The notes under the pieces are model-generated. The model did not search any database. It was not told where the DNA came from and saw nothing but the letters and a program-made list of their open reading frames with translations. From positions 1 through 36,618 of IMG/VR virus record IMGVR_UViG_3300011337_000508: DNA of 36,618 nt. The stretch is one strand, 5' to 3'. Each line of letters starts with the position of its first letter. Positions within the stretch are counted from its first letter, which is position 1. Below, piece after piece: positions 34,688 to 36,618 of this stretch. A program made the translations under genes and the position numbers. Origin of the DNA: a virus (taxonomy: Duplodnaviria > Caudoviricetes).

Positions 34688-36165
34688 TATTTTCTTACTG
34701 CGTCAAAATCGGACTTGACCGACCCCTTCGCACTTGTGATTTTGTTTAGTCCAACCGCCAAATAGCGCATCGAATCTGCTGCGTTTGAAGCATAGTTATG
34801 CAAAGGCTTGTCGCTCCAGCGCCCATATTTATCGTCCCACGTCTTGCGATAGTTCTCGAGCATGCGGATACCCTCTTCGCATTTGGCTTCGTCAAACCAA
34901 AACCTAGGGAACACCCCGCGCACAGCGTCGATCCCCTCCATCACTGACAACTTTTCGCAAATAGTATAATGCAACCCTAAATTGCGGGCTACCTCCATGC
35001 GCGTTTTCCCAGTTGAAAATTCATGCACTTGGATATCATGTGGCGCTATGTGCTCGCCGTATATGTAAGGCTTGCTCTTCACGTAATGGATGTAGTCGGC
35101 GAGAGCTTTGCCATTGTCCTGATAGAAATCGATGACGTGGATTTCCTGCCCTGCTACTTGGAAGAACCAAATAGCAGTTGAGTCGCCGAATCCCAAATCC
35201 CATGCAGTATGAACCAAAGTGTTCGAATCATATGGTACGCGACAAATCCGCTTATCAAGACGAGCCAAGGTAATATGACGCCCATAATATAACCCACTGG
35301 CAGAGGCCTGAAAGCATTCTTCGGGCAACGAAGGAAATTCCTTATAAATCGCATCGCCCTGTTCCTCATACTTCTTCATGTACCATGCTTGCTGCTCGCC
35401 TCCGAGCATGATTCCCTTGCTCTCTAGCTTCTCAAAATACTCCTTCATCTCCTTCTTCGGCTCAACATATGCACCGAGCTTGTAACTCGGCTCTCGATGC
35501 CATGGAAAAAAAAAATACTTGTAATCCATCGGAGTTAGGGGCTGACCGCTCTTTTGGTGCGCCTCAGCCCGTTTGCACAGTTCATAGAAATGCCCAGCGC
35601 TGCCCTCTGCCGTCGATTCAATCGTGATAAATTGACCAGCTTCCACTGTGTTAAGAGCACCCGATATAATCTCGTCTGCCTTCTTCGGTTCATCACGGCA
35701 AATTTTGCCGAATTCAGAGATATGCAACATCTGAACGGTGCCTGATCGCAGGCTTGTAGATACTCTAAACACACTCCCATTAGAAAAGCGGAGTTCCGTA
35801 GCACTATCTCGATGTGCCTGTACCATCTCTTTAATGAAGGGCGCAAGGTTGTCGTAGGCGTATTTGACTTTATCAATGAAAATCTCCCTTGAGTTGGCTT
35901 GAATGTCGGCGATGATGGCGGCGTTGATGTTGCTATTCCAGAGACAATGATCAAGGAAGTAGATCGCGAAGAATGTGGTACAGCCAAGCTGACGGCATTT
36001 GAGGATGATGTTGCGGTTGTGCAAATTGTCGAACAGCTCCTTTTGCGCCCAATTCATCTTGAATTGAACGCGCTGTCCTTGCTTATTCTTGATGAAGTAA
36101 AGGTTGTTGAGGCGCCACTCGCGATTTTTGAGCGCTTCTTTAAGGCGTGGGTCAAGCTTTGTCAA
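34675..36165 (-). CDS. terL: terminase large subunit, 496 aa
   Basis: ILKCRQLGCTT (Walker A region), LHISEFG (Walker B), ESTAEG coupling motif, nuclease AWDLG and ADSMRY motifs. Confidence 0.95.
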   Translation of the reverse strand: MTKLDPRLKEALKNREWRLNNLYFIKNKQGQRVQFKMNWAQKELFDNLHNRNIILKCRQLGCTTFFAIYFLDHCLWNSNINAAIIADIQANSREIFIDKVKYAYDNLAPFIKEMVQAHRDSATELRFSNGSVFRVSTSLRSGTVQMLHISEFGKICRDEPKKADEIISGALNTVEAGQFITIESTAEGSAGHFYELCKRAEAHQKSGQPLTPMDYKYFFFPWHREPSYKLGAYVEPKKEMKEYFEKLESKGIMLGGEQQAWYMKKYEEQGDAIYKEFPSLPEECFQASASGLYYGRHITLARLDKRICRVPYDSNTLVHTAWDLGFGDSTAIWFFQVAGQEIHVIDFYQDNGKALADYIHYVKSKPYIYGEHIAPHDIQVHEFSTGKTRMEVARNLGLHYTICEKLSVMEGIDAVRGVFPRFWFDEAKCEEGIRMLENYRKTWDDKYGRWSDKPLHNYASNAADSMRYLAVGLNKITSAKGSVKSDFDAVRKYWGG

Positions 36166-36358
36166 TTAGGTTTACCTCGCCGTTTGTGCGCAGATAGAGA
36201 ATGCGCTTCATGCGCTCCGTCATCGGACGTGAGCCATTCTTGCATTGGCTAAAATATTGCGGAGCATATCCGCAAAGTCGCGCAAGCTCCCGCATCGTCA
36301 ACGCATTTAAAATAGCATATGATTCTATGCTGTCTGTTGCTGCTTGTTGCTCGCTCAT
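36152..36358 (-). CDS. XRE/Cro-like HTH protein, 68 aa
   Basis: LTMRELARLCGYAPQYFSQCKNGSRP...TNGEV; overlaps the terL start. Confidence 0.75.
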   Translation of the reverse strand: MSEQQAATDSIESYAILNALTMRELARLCGYAPQYFSQCKNGSRPMTERMKRILYLRTNGEVNLIDKA

Positions 36359-36364
36359 GCCACA

Positions 36365-36436
36365 ATTATACCATGAGCGCGTTTACCTAGCAACATGTTT
36401 ATTTATGTTTACAAATGTTCACAAAAATATTATGCT
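36365..36436. promoter_or_regulatory. divergent sigma70-type promoter pair
   Basis: Minus TTGCTA-N17-TATAAT with extended TG (36393 to 36365); plus TTTACA-N17-TATGCT (36408-36436). Confidence 0.75.
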
Positions 36437-36458
36437 GGTTCCAAAAAGGAGCAAAGCG

Positions 36459-36618
36459 ATGAAGAAAACAACCGACTATGACAAATTTAAGCTGTTGCGT
36501 CGCAACAGGCTGATCAAAGCTAACCATGTGGCATATCTGAAAAAACAAATTTTAGAATCCAACTTTTTGCATGAAAATCCAATACATGTAACAAAAGATT
36601 TCGAAATAATTAACGGGC
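36459..36618 (+). CDS. ParB N-terminal-like domain protein, truncated by the window end
   Basis: AAGGAG RBS; MKKTTDYDKFKLLRRNRLIKANHVAYLKKQI...NPIHVTKDFEIING leads into the expected (D/N)GQHR motif position. Confidence 0.65.
   Translation, partial: MKKTTDYDKFKLLRRNRLIKANHVAYLKKQILESNFLHENPIHVTKDFEIING

Overview
The window is most of the genome of a tailed dsDNA phage or prophage with a P22/N4-like podovirus layout. The left end (1-5.1 kb) holds a RusA-like resolvase, a DnaC-like loader, a replication initiator with internal iterons, a Cro-like regulator, a putative ssDNA-binding protein and a YqaJ exonuclease. A long minus-strand module (5.3-36.4 kb) runs from an HTH gene through large terminase, about 14 small accessory ORFs, portal, scaffold, major capsid, head-tail proteins, ejection proteins and tail fibres. 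The main result is that the N4-gp56-type major capsid gene, which the ORF track shows only as fragments, is split by four group I introns into five exons: 25483-25770, 24208-24348, 23550-23973, 23301-23330 and 22439-22503. Together they give 948 nt and a 315-aa protein. Every junction has a P1 helix with a U.G pair at the 5' splice site, a terminal G and P10 pairing. Intron 1 carries a LAGLIDADG gene in the P1 loop, intron 4 carries an HNH-like gene, and introns 2 and 3 are compact ORF-less ribozymes (234 and 219 nt). Other signals are a candidate antisense RNA over the initiator leader, a DnaA-box-like array, a counter-oriented membrane-protein cassette, and protein families that I recall from environmental Chlamydiae (host assignment is unverified inference). 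I saw no integrase, endolysin, tRNA or CRISPR array. All calls come from reading the sequence; no searches were run.
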